From: a virus
Taxonomy: Duplodnaviria > Caudoviricetes
Virus record (IMG/VR): IMGVR_UViG_3300006162_000030
Location: 1-37,202 of that record
Strand: one strand, 5' to 3'
Length of the DNA: 37,202 nt
Made by a program: the position numbers and the translations under genes
Part shown: piece by piece, positions 16,700 to 27,400 of the stretch
Layout: every line of letters begins with the position of its first letter
How positions within the stretch are numbered: the first letter of the stretch is position 1
Notes under the pieces: generated by a model
What the model was told of the DNA's origin: nothing
Seen by the model: only the letters and a program-made list of their open reading frames with translations
The model's database searches: none

Positions 16700-19066
16700 A
16701 TGGCTTGGTATGTCGACCCTTCATTGAGTGGCACGGGCGGCAAGGGAACGATTTCGTTACCCTACACGCTTCTCGATTTACAGACGGCGATCGCGAACAC
16801 GACGAACCCGTTGAACTGGGGTGGTCTGCCGATTCTTTTCAAGTCCGGCACGTTCGGGCGTCTCACATCTACCCTCACTCCACCTGCTACGGCGAGCAAT
16901 CTGTCCCTGGGTGTCTACGGGACTGGGGCGAAGCCGATCTTATCGGGCACTGCCCTCAACGCGACTGCGTGGACAGTCAACGCGACCTATCCGAATATCT
17001 GGCAGACACCGCACGTCAATGATGATCGCTGGTTCGTCGGCGGAAGCCCCAGCAACAATGCCGTGGTGTCTGCAGTGGCCTCGGCGTACAGCTCGCTCAA
17101 CGTTCTCAACAACCCTTACGGCACGTCGCTTCAGAAGACGACGAGCGTTGCGCTTGTTGCCTCCACTCCGTTTAGCTATTACAACGACGGCGTGAACGCC
17201 TACGTCAATCTGTCGGGCTCCAATCCCAACAACCTCGTGATGGAGTACAGCAGCATTCAGCGCTGCTTCAATCTCACGAGCACGCAGGGAAACTTCTACG
17301 CGGAATCGCTTCGTTTTGCGGGAGCGTATGACGACTGCTTCTTTTTGCAGTTCTCGAACACGCTTCCTCTCATCGGCTCCTACACGCTCAAGCACTTGGA
17401 GATTGACTCGTCCTGCGCTCGCAACGCGCAGGAGAATACGAGCATTCAGCTCTTTGGCGCAGGGCCTGGGCTGAATGGTCTCGTCCAGGGCGCGTACATC
17501 GAGGACATGCTCATCACGAACGGGCTGCGTGGTTCGCTCGACTTGATGGGCATTCAAAACGGAACGTTCCGCAACATCCGCATCGACAATTGCGGACAGG
17601 GGCTTTACCTGTGGCAGAACTGCAATAGCAACGACTTCAACGGCATCCAGGTCACGAACAACATCGCTTGCAATTCGTCGGTGACGAACCCCGGACCCTG
17701 CTTCACGCAGTCGGGCACTCCAGGCGGTGGCGATGGGTCGAACTACAACAATCGCTTCACGTCGTCCGTCTTCATAAATTCTGGTCTGCAGTGCATCCTG
17801 AATACGGGCGGCTCGTTGATTTTCGATCATTGTGTGATTGTCGGCACGCAAAACGCAACCACTTCGCAGCCCAGTGGTGCAACCATCTACTCGGCCAATG
17901 CCACGTCCACCTATGTGAGCGATTCGACCGACACGACGCTTACGAACTGCGTCATCGGTGCTTTCATGCTCAATGGTGTCGCTTCTACGTACAGCATCTA
18001 TGGGCAGACGAATCCGTACAACTCCCTGCACGGGGATTACAACGTCTACTTCTCGTACACCACGGACGCGCCGAGCGTTGCGAATAGCAACAGATTCATC
18101 GGCGCAATCAACAACTCCACGCAAAATGGTTTCGCTACGTGGCAGGCTGCAGCTGCGCCGATGGACGCGCACTCGGCGTTCTTGCCCTATGGTGATCCTG
18201 GATTCACGTCGCAGTTCCAGCCCTCGATCTTCACCAACAACCCTCCTGGGTACTTCGGGCGTCCTGGTCAGTACATGACCCCGAATGGTCTCAACCTGAT
18301 GCCGTTCAACGACAGCACTGCTCCCACGACGGCGCTGCAGCTCGTTGGCACGGGGCTCTCGACGTGGCAGCTCAACACACTCGCGCCCGCTGCCCCTGTC
18401 ACGGGGACTTCCGCCAATGCGTCCTACACCTGGAACACGGGGACGTGGAACTTCAAGATCACCTACGTCACGCTGGGCGGCGAGACGCTGCCCGGTCCGG
18501 CGACCGCGCAGGCGGTTACGAGCGGGACCAATGGGCCGACGATCACGGCCCCTGCGAATCCTCCAGCGTCTGCTATCGGATACAACGTCTACGCGCAATT
18601 CAGCACAGTCGGTGGGCAGTACTACAAGCAGAACAATGTTCCGATCGCGATCGGTTCGAACTGGACTTCGCAATTTGCGCCCGTGGTTCCCAATGGCGCT
18701 GTCATCACGGGAACGATCGCTGCCAACGGTACATCGCTCACCGTCAACTCCACGATCTTTGGCACGGTCGTCACCGGCATGGGAGGACCGTACTTCGCAG
18801 GGCAGACGAACTCGGCGCTCACGACGATCTCCGGCAGCGGCAGTCCATGGACCGTGAGCGGAATCACTTCGGTTGCAGGTGTCTCGGCCGTCATTATGTA
18901 CCTCACTGCGGCTGGAGTGGGGTGGCCTTACGCGTCGCAAGCTCCCACGCTGCCTCCGCTCATCGCGCCCCCTGGTGATCTCAACAGCCATACGTTCTAT
19001 GGCACGAACAGCGACATCGGTTGCGTGCAAAGCTACAACCAGAACGACCCCGCACTCGCAAGTTGA
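16700..19066 (+). CDS. right-handed beta-helix (pectin-lyase-like) spike / depolymerase
   Basis: Starts WYVDPS..G.G.GT...PY, then ILFKSG and YGTGAKPILSG. Has N/G/T-rich stacked repeats, DYNVYF, and C-terminal DIGCVQ. Confidence 0.75.
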   Translation: MAWYVDPSLSGTGGKGTISLPYTLLDLQTAIANTTNPLNWGGLPILFKSGTFGRLTSTLTPPATASNLSLGVYGTGAKPILSGTALNATAWTVNATYPNIWQTPHVNDDRWFVGGSPSNNAVVSAVASAYSSLNVLNNPYGTSLQKTTSVALVASTPFSYYNDGVNAYVNLSGSNPNNLVMEYSSIQRCFNLTSTQGNFYAESLRFAGAYDDCFFLQFSNTLPLIGSYTLKHLEIDSSCARNAQENTSIQLFGAGPGLNGLVQGAYIEDMLITNGLRGSLDLMGIQNGTFRNIRIDNCGQGLYLWQNCNSNDFNGIQVTNNIACNSSVTNPGPCFTQSGTPGGGDGSNYNNRFTSSVFINSGLQCILNTGGSLIFDHCVIVGTQNATTSQPSGATIYSANATSTYVSDSTDTTLTNCVIGAFMLNGVASTYSIYGQTNPYNSLHGDYNVYFSYTTDAPSVANSNRFIGAINNSTQNGFATWQAAAAPMDAHSAFLPYGDPGFTSQFQPSIFTNNPPGYFGRPGQYMTPNGLNLMPFNDSTAPTTALQLVGTGLSTWQLNTLAPAAPVTGTSANASYTWNTGTWNFKITYVTLGGETLPGPATAQAVTSGTNGPTITAPANPPASAIGYNVYAQFSTVGGQYYKQNNVPIAIGSNWTSQFAPVVPNGAVITGTIAANGTSLTVNSTIFGTVVTGMGGPYFAGQTNSALTTISGSGSPWTVSGITSVAGVSAVIMYLTAAGVGWPYASQAPTLPPLIAPPGDLNSHTFYGTNSDIGCVQSYNQNDPALAS

Positions 19067-19076
19067 AGGAACCACC

Positions 19077-19409
19077 ATGCTCGAAGTGCTCAAGCTCGCG
19101 ATCGCCCTCTACCTCGTCCTCACGGGTGGCTGGGTGCTCTACATCACGTACGCATCGCTCGCGTTCCACTGGCCGACGATGACCAAATGGAAGTGGGCTC
19201 TCGCGCCCTGGCTCCTCTTCGGTCTCGCGCTCGACGTGGTGATGAACGCCACGCTTTTTACGATCGTGTTCGCAGACCTCCCTCGTGAATGGACGCTCAC
19301 GCAGCGCTTGACGCGCTATCGCGCGTTTCACGACGGCTCCTGGCGGCAGCGCGTGGCGGACTACATCTGCCCCAATATCCTCGACATCTTTCAATCGGGT
19401 CACTGCTGA
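19077..19409 (+). CDS. conserved phage membrane protein
   Basis: Two to three TM segments, then LDVVMN...PREWTLTQRL.RY...WR..VA..IC..LD.F..GHC. GAAGGA RBS. Confidence 0.75.
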   Translation: MLEVLKLAIALYLVLTGGWVLYITYASLAFHWPTMTKWKWALAPWLLFGLALDVVMNATLFTIVFADLPREWTLTQRLTRYRAFHDGSWRQRVADYICPNILDIFQSGHC

Positions 19410-19430
19410 CCCATCCACTGGAGACTTGCA

Positions 19431-20183
19431 ATGGACGAACAGAATCACGAAGGTGCTCCGACGCAACCGATGGGCGATGAGGAGAATGCAAGGCGCCAGC
19501 AGGATGCGCAGCGCGGGCAGCAGCAGCTCGACCTCGTCGTAGGCACTCACCCGCTCGACATCTCCGTAGGAGGAATGCAGCGCGCCGCGATGACGGATGG
19601 CTCGCAAAGTGGGCAGGGCAGCCCGCAGGAGATGCGCTCCACATCAGGAGCTTCCATGCAAGGGCCTGCGATACCTCCGAACATGAGCCCGTTCTTTCGC
19701 GCGCCGCCTCCCCAGGCGCTTCCTCCGGCGCCTCCGCCGCCCGATGAGCACTACGTCGCGATCCACTCGGGCATCGTGCTCTCGGCGGCGCAGCAGCTCG
19801 CGGATCACGCAAGCGATGCCGCGGTTGGAAACGTGGTGCTCAACCCGGAGAAGGTGCAGGCGCTTGCCGAAGCCGTACACGAGTCCGCCAGCGCGATCCT
19901 CGATCACGTGGAGCCGCACAGCACGGTTGCGCAGCAGGCCGCAGCGCAGTCCGCGGAGAACACGCCTGCGTCCGCTGAGGATCTTGCGGCGCACGCCAAC
20001 ATCCTGGAAAAGCACGAGGCGACTGTGCAGGCGAGCATCGGCGCGCTCAATAGCGCGGTGCGTGGCGCTGCGCAGCCCGCTCCTGCATCCTCCGGCACGC
20101 CGGGCTGGGTGTGGGGCGCCATCGCGGCGGTTGCCGCGGCGGGTGTCATTGCTGGGCTTCACTTCATGGGCGTGATCCGCTGA
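19431..20183 (+). CDS. Pro/Gln-rich protein with a C-terminal membrane anchor
   Basis: 250 aa with GGAG RBS; C-terminal GWVWGAIAAVAAAGVIAGLHF. Confidence 0.7.
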   Translation: MDEQNHEGAPTQPMGDEENARRQQDAQRGQQQLDLVVGTHPLDISVGGMQRAAMTDGSQSGQGSPQEMRSTSGASMQGPAIPPNMSPFFRAPPPQALPPAPPPPDEHYVAIHSGIVLSAAQQLADHASDAAVGNVVLNPEKVQALAEAVHESASAILDHVEPHSTVAQQAAAQSAENTPASAEDLAAHANILEKHEATVQASIGALNSAVRGAAQPAPASSGTPGWVWGAIAAVAAAGVIAGLHFMGVIR

Positions 20184-20187
20184 TGGC

Positions 20188-21819
20188 ATGACGCAGTTCA
20201 CGGCAACGGAACTCAGCGCGATCAGTGGAGCGGTCGCGCTGGAGAGGGAGCGGCGCAAGTACCGCTCCCTTGTTCCATTCATGCGCGCCGCATGGAAGAG
20301 CGTGGAAGGCCCCGATGCGTTCTATTCGCACAACTGGCACCTCGACATGCTTGCTGAGCGCCTCGAAGCCTTCTATCGTCGCGAGATCAACAATCTCCTC
20401 ATCAACGTGCCGCCGGGCTCGATGAAATCGATCCTGTGCTCCGTGTGTTTTCATCCTTGGGTCTGGAGCCAGGATGCCTCGAAGCGATTTCTCACTGCCA
20501 GCTACGGGGGAGACCTTTCCGTTCGAGACTCTGTGCGAGCTCGTGAGCTCATTGCAAGCGAGTGGTTTCAAGGTCTCTGGGGTTCAATGGTTGCCGTCGA
20601 TCCTCGGAACGACTCCAAGACTCGCTTTCACACTGTCCAGGGCGGGTGGCGGATCGCCACTTCTGTCGGTGGTCGTGCAACGGGTGAGCACCCGGACTTC
20701 AAGATCGTCGACGATCCGCACAACGTGAAGGAGGCCGAGAGCGACGTGGAGCGCGAGGCGGCGATCACGTGGTTCGACCTTACGCTCTCGCTGCGGGGCG
20801 CCTCACGCAACGCGGGCACGCTCGTCATCATGCAGCGCCTGCATGCGAAGGATCTCACGGGCCATATCACGGAACTCGAAGACTTTCGCAAGAACTGGGA
20901 GCACGTGTGCATCCCGATGGAGTACGAGCCGGGGCGCATGACGCGCTCCAAGGTCTACATGAACGACCCGCGCGAGAAGGTCGGTGATCTCATGTGGCCC
21001 GAGCTCTTCCCCTTCGAGACGGTCGACGTGCTCAAGAAGCGCCTGGGCGAGTACGGCACGGCGGGGCAGATGCAGCAGCGTCCCTCGCCGATCGGCGGGG
21101 GCTTGCTCAAGATTACGAACTTCCGTCTTTGGGGTGCGGATCGCAAGCTCCCCGATTTTCTATTCGTCGTGCAGTCCTACGACACGGCCTTCACCGAGAA
21201 GACGGAGAACGATGCGACGGCGTGCACGGTGTGGGGTATCTTCGAAAAGCAGATCAACTATGGCGACTGGACTGGAAAGGTGAACTGCGCGCTCCTTCTC
21301 GATTGCTGGGACGATCGGCTCTCCTATCCGCAGCTTCGTAAGAAGGCGATGGAGGACTACCGTGCTACGTACGGTGGCATTGAGGAAGGTGGCGGCTTCA
21401 AACTCAACCATCCTCCGCGGCGCGCGGATCTTGTACTCGTCGAGGAAAAGGGCAGTGGTATTTCGCTGCTGCAGGATCTGCGCCAAGCCGGAGTTCCTGC
21501 ACGTGGGTATGACCCGGGCCGTGCTGACAAACTGGTTCGCGCTCATCTGTCCGCGCCTATTCTGGAGCTGGGTCTGCTCTACGTGCTCGAATCGAAGAAG
21601 GAAGCAGGCAAGCCCATCATGTGGGCGCGTCCGTTCCTCAAGCAACTCGAAGAGTTCCCCAAGGGCGAGCACGACGACTACGTAGACACCTTCACACAGG
21701 CCGTGATCCTCTTCAAGAACGACGGACTGCTCGCGCTCCCCGAGATTCCGCGCGATCCTCCGCCACTCAAGGATTACCACAAGGCGCGAAAGCGCGGCGA
21801 GAATCCCTATGCCAAGTAA
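20188..21819 (+). CDS. terL: terminase large subunit
   Basis: Motifs NWH, LLINVPPGSMKS (Walker A variant), TGEHPDFKIVDDPH (Walker B), IMQRLH..DL.G, QSYDTA, VEEKGSG and FPKGEHDDYVDTFTQA. Confidence 0.95.
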   Translation: MTQFTATELSAISGAVALERERRKYRSLVPFMRAAWKSVEGPDAFYSHNWHLDMLAERLEAFYRREINNLLINVPPGSMKSILCSVCFHPWVWSQDASKRFLTASYGGDLSVRDSVRARELIASEWFQGLWGSMVAVDPRNDSKTRFHTVQGGWRIATSVGGRATGEHPDFKIVDDPHNVKEAESDVEREAAITWFDLTLSLRGASRNAGTLVIMQRLHAKDLTGHITELEDFRKNWEHVCIPMEYEPGRMTRSKVYMNDPREKVGDLMWPELFPFETVDVLKKRLGEYGTAGQMQQRPSPIGGGLLKITNFRLWGADRKLPDFLFVVQSYDTAFTEKTENDATACTVWGIFEKQINYGDWTGKVNCALLLDCWDDRLSYPQLRKKAMEDYRATYGGIEEGGGFKLNHPPRRADLVLVEEKGSGISLLQDLRQAGVPARGYDPGRADKLVRAHLSAPILELGLLYVLESKKEAGKPIMWARPFLKQLEEFPKGEHDDYVDTFTQAVILFKNDGLLALPEIPRDPPPLKDYHKARKRGENPYAK

Positions 21820-24484
21820 ATCCGCCAAGCAGCACCGGTTCATGGAGGCGATCGCGCACTCGCCATCCTTTGCGCGCAAGGCCGGTGTGCCGCAGAGCGT
21901 GGGCCGGGACTTTGCGAGCGCCGATGTGGGCCGCAAGTTCGCCGACGGTGGCGCTGTTCCTCCATCGATGGACGATGCGCCCTTCCCGGTGAGCGCGCCG
22001 CCCCCAGCTCCTGGTGCCACGCCCATGCCCTACGGCGACCAGATGCGCCACCTTTGGGAGTTCACCAAGGGCGCGGGGCGTGGCGGCGTTGCGGGCGTCC
22101 TGGGTTTGCCGCACGGCGCGGTGACGGGCGCGCTCGACATGGCGGATTGGGCAACGCGCCCCGACGAGATGGAGCGCGGCGCGCCGGGCATGGCTTCCGA
22201 TTGGATCAAGCGCAATATCCCGCTCTCCTCGGATGACATCCGCAAGTATGCGCAGTACCTGCGCAATCCTGCGCCCTCGCAGAGCCTGCAACACGCCGGA
22301 GATGTCGGGGAAGACATGGGGCAGTTCGTCGGCGACATGGGCGTGGGAGCGGGCGCCATCACGAGCAAGGCGCGCAGTGCGGGCGCGAAGATCCCGGCGC
22401 TCCTTCGCAAGTTCGGAGAGCACCCCACCGCGGGCACTCTTGCCGAGATGCCGCGCTATGGCGCAGGTGGCGATGCGGTCAAGGCTATCGAGTGGATGAA
22501 GAAGTTCTACGGCTTGCGGCGCGATGTGCCGCTGCAGCCCATCACGGGCACCGCCGCAGCGAGCGTGCTGCGCGGGGGCGAGACGCAAAAGGCGGCGGAC
22601 TTTGCGCGCCAGCTCCAGAACGCCGCGCAGCAAACGGGCGCGCGGCCCGGCGCCTTGCGTGCGGTGCGCGAGGAGGCGATCAACCGGCTCACCGGCGGGA
22701 ACCCCAACGCCACGCTCACGAAGAGCCAGCTTGCGGGGGCGCTCCAGAATCCTCCGGGACTCGTGCGCGTCATCAACCGCCAGGACGTGCTGCCCGAGAA
22801 GTGGCAGCGCAAGTTCGGCTTTGCGAATGACGAGGAGGAAGGACCGAGTGATGAAGCGGTCCATGACCGTGCGCACGAGATCCTTCAGGACTGGTGGGAC
22901 AACGCGGATCATTCGGAGCATTACGACCACCAGGAAGTGATGCACGATGTATTCGATGATCTCGACAAGTATTTGCAGGGAAACGATGTCTCGTCCTGGA
23001 AAGCTGCTCATGCGCACGAGATGCTCAACGACATCCTCATGCAAAAGGGCCTTCCTCCCACGGGCTCGCTTCGTGAGCAGCAGGAGATGTCGGGCGTGCA
23101 GCGCAGGCTTCCTCTCATCGGTGGCAGCGGCAGTGCAAACGAAAGGGACTTAACCAAGCGTGAGCGCACGACGCTTGCAGATTTCTACCGCGCGGGTCTC
23201 TCGGGGGACACGGACACTGCGCACAACATCGCCACGCACCACCTGGGGATCGACACGGACGATCCCAACTACCACGCGTTCGTAAGTGACCTTGCGGATG
23301 CGGGGAATTTCCCGCAGTTCGGATCGCTTGCTCGGCTTGACGAGAAGGAGCACTTCGATCCGGGGTTCAACAATCTTTTTTCTGAGCACGTCAACAATCA
23401 CCTGGATAGTGCGCGCGACGTATTCCACGAACGTCATTTTGATGATGCGTACGAAGAAGCAAGAAACGACCTGGGTGGTGATCGTGAGCCACAAGAAGCC
23501 GAGCCCTGGGCCTACAGCAATACGCAGCGCCTCTTCGATCCCACGGATCCGCGCTACTACACCGAGCAAAACGTCTTCTCCAATGCTCCTACGGGCTTGC
23601 GGCTCGCGATGCAACACGGAGATTTTGCATACCGCCCCACGATCCCGATGGCGAACCTACAAAAGCTCATCGACAAGGGCGGCGCACCCGATGCTTCCTA
23701 CGATGCGCAGCATTGGGCGCGCCTCGCATCTCGCTTGCAGCAGATGTCGCCCGATGAGCGCCGACTTACCTCGCACTACCCGGGTTTCACACCTGCCGAT
23801 GTGCGCGAAAAGTACCTCGGGCACTTTCGCGGCTCCTTGATGCCTGGGGGAGACAGCTCCGCGGCGCTAGGTACCAACCCCTTCTTCCTCGAAGAAGCGC
23901 AGTCGGATCCTGCGCAGACCTTCTCGCGCCTGGGCTCCGCCAAGGAGGCGCCTGCTTCGCTCCAGGATTGGACGGGGCAGATTGGTGCGGCAGCACTCCA
24001 CCACGCAGCGCAGTCGGGCGCTTCCGCGTTTGCAGTGCCTGCGGCAAAGGCGATCGAGTCCCTGCGCGGCAGCAAGGACTACGGCTGGCTCTACGACCAA
24101 GCGCTCCCGCAGGACGTGCTCGAACCCTTTGCCAAGCACTACAACGTGCCGATCACGGAAGGGCGCACGTACGGCACCAGCAGCGGCAACGCGATCCCGT
24201 ATCGCTCGGTGAGCATGACGCCCGACATCCAGAACGACATCCTGCAAAACGGCATGCCCTACGCTGTCGGAGGCCCTGTGCGCATGATGATGAGTGGACG
24301 CACGGCGGCAACCGCTGCCACGTCGAGCGATCCTGTCGTTGCGCATCTCATGCGCCACGCACCCAAGATCGGCAAGAATCCGTACGCCACGCCGCTTCGC
24401 ATGGCGGCGGGCGGTGAAGTCGATTGGGACGCGAAGGTGAAGGAAGACTTCGCGCCATTTCTGAAGGGAATTTCCGATGCTTGA
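21809..24484 (+). CDS. large putative internal virion / ejection protein
   Basis: 891 aa between terL and portal, overlapping both. N-terminal MPSKSAKQHRFMEAIAH module, several xxxGG motifs, and a C-terminal HFRG..LEEAQSD..YD..LP domain. Confidence 0.6.
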   Translation: MPSKSAKQHRFMEAIAHSPSFARKAGVPQSVGRDFASADVGRKFADGGAVPPSMDDAPFPVSAPPPAPGATPMPYGDQMRHLWEFTKGAGRGGVAGVLGLPHGAVTGALDMADWATRPDEMERGAPGMASDWIKRNIPLSSDDIRKYAQYLRNPAPSQSLQHAGDVGEDMGQFVGDMGVGAGAITSKARSAGAKIPALLRKFGEHPTAGTLAEMPRYGAGGDAVKAIEWMKKFYGLRRDVPLQPITGTAAASVLRGGETQKAADFARQLQNAAQQTGARPGALRAVREEAINRLTGGNPNATLTKSQLAGALQNPPGLVRVINRQDVLPEKWQRKFGFANDEEEGPSDEAVHDRAHEILQDWWDNADHSEHYDHQEVMHDVFDDLDKYLQGNDVSSWKAAHAHEMLNDILMQKGLPPTGSLREQQEMSGVQRRLPLIGGSGSANERDLTKRERTTLADFYRAGLSGDTDTAHNIATHHLGIDTDDPNYHAFVSDLADAGNFPQFGSLARLDEKEHFDPGFNNLFSEHVNNHLDSARDVFHERHFDDAYEEARNDLGGDREPQEAEPWAYSNTQRLFDPTDPRYYTEQNVFSNAPTGLRLAMQHGDFAYRPTIPMANLQKLIDKGGAPDASYDAQHWARLASRLQQMSPDERRLTSHYPGFTPADVREKYLGHFRGSLMPGGDSSAALGTNPFFLEEAQSDPAQTFSRLGSAKEAPASLQDWTGQIGAAALHHAAQSGASAFAVPAAKAIESLRGSKDYGWLYDQALPQDVLEPFAKHYNVPITEGRTYGTSSGNAIPYRSVSMTPDIQNDILQNGMPYAVGGPVRMMMSGRTAATAATSSDPVVAHLMRHAPKIGKNPYATPLRMAAGGEVDWDAKVKEDFAPFLKGISDA

Positions 24485-27400
24485 CGACGATCTCCCCGCT
24501 GAGGCGCAGGACGGCTCTTCCGCGATTCCGCTCGATGCGGACGGCATGCCGGTTGGCGGTCCTCCCGAGGACACCGATGTGCCCGATGATGGGCCCGACT
24601 CCATTCCCGACGATGATGTGGAGATGCAGGACGATGGGTCCGCGCTCGTCTCGCTCGGGGAGGATGACGACCACAGCAACAACAACGCGGGGGACTTCTA
24701 CGCCAACCTTGCCGATGGCGTGATTGATGCTTCCGTCCTACAAAAGCGCGCGGACGAGCTCCTGGAGCTCATCGAGCGCGACATCGAGGCGCGCAAGGAG
24801 CGCGACAAGCAGCAGGCCGAGGGCATCCAGCGCACGGGACTCGGTGGTGATGCGCCCGGCGGCGCGCAGTTCGAGGGCGCATCGCGCGCGGTGCACCCGG
24901 TGCTTGCCGAGCAGTGCATTGACTTTTCGGCCAAGGCGATGAAGGAGATTTTCCCGCCTGATGGGCCGTGCAAAACCAAGATCATTGGGAAGAGCACGCC
25001 CGAGAAGGTCGACAAGGCCGAGCGCAAGCGCAAGTACATGAACTGGCAGATGACGACCAAGATCGTCGAGACGCGCACGCAAACCAAGAAGATGCTCACG
25101 CAGCTTCCGCTCGGGGGTTCGCAGTACAAGAACTGGTGGTACGACCACGAGCTCAAGCGTCCGCGCAATGAGTTCGTGCCGATCGATCACGTGATCCTTC
25201 CGTCGGAGTCGCAGGACTTCTACTCCTGCCAGCGCATCACGCACCGCCAGGACATCACGGAGCAAAAGTTCCTCTCGCGTGTCGACTCCGGCATGTACGT
25301 CGACGTGGACATCGCGCATCCGCTCGACCCCGAGCTCACATCGAGCGCGAAGGCGACGGAGAAGGTTGCAGGCGTTTCGCTCGACCCCTACAACCAGGAC
25401 GGGCTGCGCACGATCTACGTCGTCAACAGCGAGTGCGAGGCGTTCGACGATGACAAGGAATCGGGCGGCGATCCCACGCCCTACATCTGGCACATCGATG
25501 CCACGACGCGCAAGGTGCTGGGGCTCTACCGCAACTGGGAGGAGGACGATGAGACGCGCGAGCGCATGCACTTTCTCATCGACTACACCTTCATCCACTG
25601 GCGCGGTCCGCAGGGCGTAGGGCTCCTCCACCTCATCGGCTCGCTTTCGGGAGCGATCACCGGAGGCTTGCGCTCGATTCTGGACAAGGCGCTTGCCGAA
25701 AACTCCATGAGCGGCGTGAAGCTCAAGGGCGGCAAGGTGAGCGGCACGAGCGAGCAGCCCTCGGTCGGCGAGACGGCGGAGCTTGAAGGCCCGACTGCGG
25801 GAACGGTCGACGACATCCGCAAGCTCTACATGCCCTACCCCTTCCCGCCCAGCACGCCGGTCCTCTTCAACACCATCCAGTGGATGGTGGATCAGGCGCG
25901 CGGCGTCGTGAGCGTGGCAAGCGACAAGCTCGCGGACGGCAAGAACGACATGCCGGTGGGAAGCGTGCTCGCGCTCATCGAGCAGGGGAGCGGCGTCTTC
26001 TCCGACATCCACAGCGGTCTCCATCACTCGCAGGCGCAAGAGCTCAAGGTTCTGCACCGCTTCAACAAGTGGCACCTCTCCGACAAGGAAACGGTCGAGG
26101 AGCTCGGCGACCTTGTCGTGATGCGCGAGGACTTCGAAGGTCCTTGCGACATCATTCCGGTCTCCGATCCGCACATCTTCAGCGAGACGCAGCGTTACGC
26201 GCAAATGCAGGCGGTGCACCAGCTCGCCGAGAACCCCGTCTTCATGCCCAAGGCGAACCCTGACGGGATCTTGAAGCGCACGCTCAACCTCCTCCACATC
26301 GACAATCCCGAGGAGCTCTTCAAGTTCCAGCCCGAGGCCGAGGATCTCGATCCCATCTCCGAAAACATGGTGACGGCGCTCGGCGAGCAGCCCATCAAGG
26401 CGTTCCAGCAGCAGGATCACATGGCGCACCTGAAGGTGCACCTTCACTACCTCACGTCCCCGATGTACGGCGCCAATCCGCTCCTCGGGCCCAAGGTGCT
26501 ACCGCCCCTCATGGCGCACGTCGTGGAGCACATGACCTACCTCTACGTCGAGCACAGCGTCGCGGCGGCGCGCGCCGGGTCGCTTATGAAGATGGATTCG
26601 AAATCCACGGACGATCGCTTCGCGGTGACGATGCACCTTGTCGATTACGCGCTCTCCAACGACTTCCAGCAGCTCGGGCCTATGTTCCAGCAGGCGATGC
26701 AGCTCTTCCAGCAGGCGCAGCAGCAGGCGCAGCAACCGCCGCTTGATCCTGCCTCGCAGGTGCAGATGAAGGTCGGTATGGCGGAGGTGCAGCGCAAGGC
26801 GCAGGCCGACCAGATGAATAACAAGACGGAGATGACGCGCATCCAGAGCAACCATATGCTGGAGACGCAAAAGCAGCAGTCGCAGGCGCAGCTCGACCAG
26901 GGGCGCTTCCAGTCGCAGAACCAGCTCGACGCGATGATCCAGGCGCAAAAAGATGCGCGCGAGAAGGAGGCGGAGAACGCCAGGAACCAGCGCGAGCAGG
27001 AGCGCTTGCAGGCGGAGAACGTGCGCGCCGACAAGAAGCTCTACAACGATCAGGTGCTGGAGAGCATCAAGCAGGGCCACGAAACGCACCGCCAGCACCT
27101 GCAAAACATCACGGACACGATCGCGCAGCACCTTGCACCGCTCTCGCAGATTCCCGAGAAGATGGCCGAGGGCGGGCGCGCGCAGGCCGCGCAGCCCATT
27201 GTCGTGCAGCAGGATCCCGAGCACACGCAGGCGCTCACGAAGCTCGGCGAGGCGCTCCAGCGCATGCCCGACATCCAGAACGGGCAGATGTCGGAGCACG
27301 TCGAGCGCCAGCGCAGTGCGATCACGGAGCTCATCGGCATGATCGTCGAGGGGCAGAACCGTCAGGCGCAGGAGCTCTCGCACGGCCTGCAGGCGATGGG

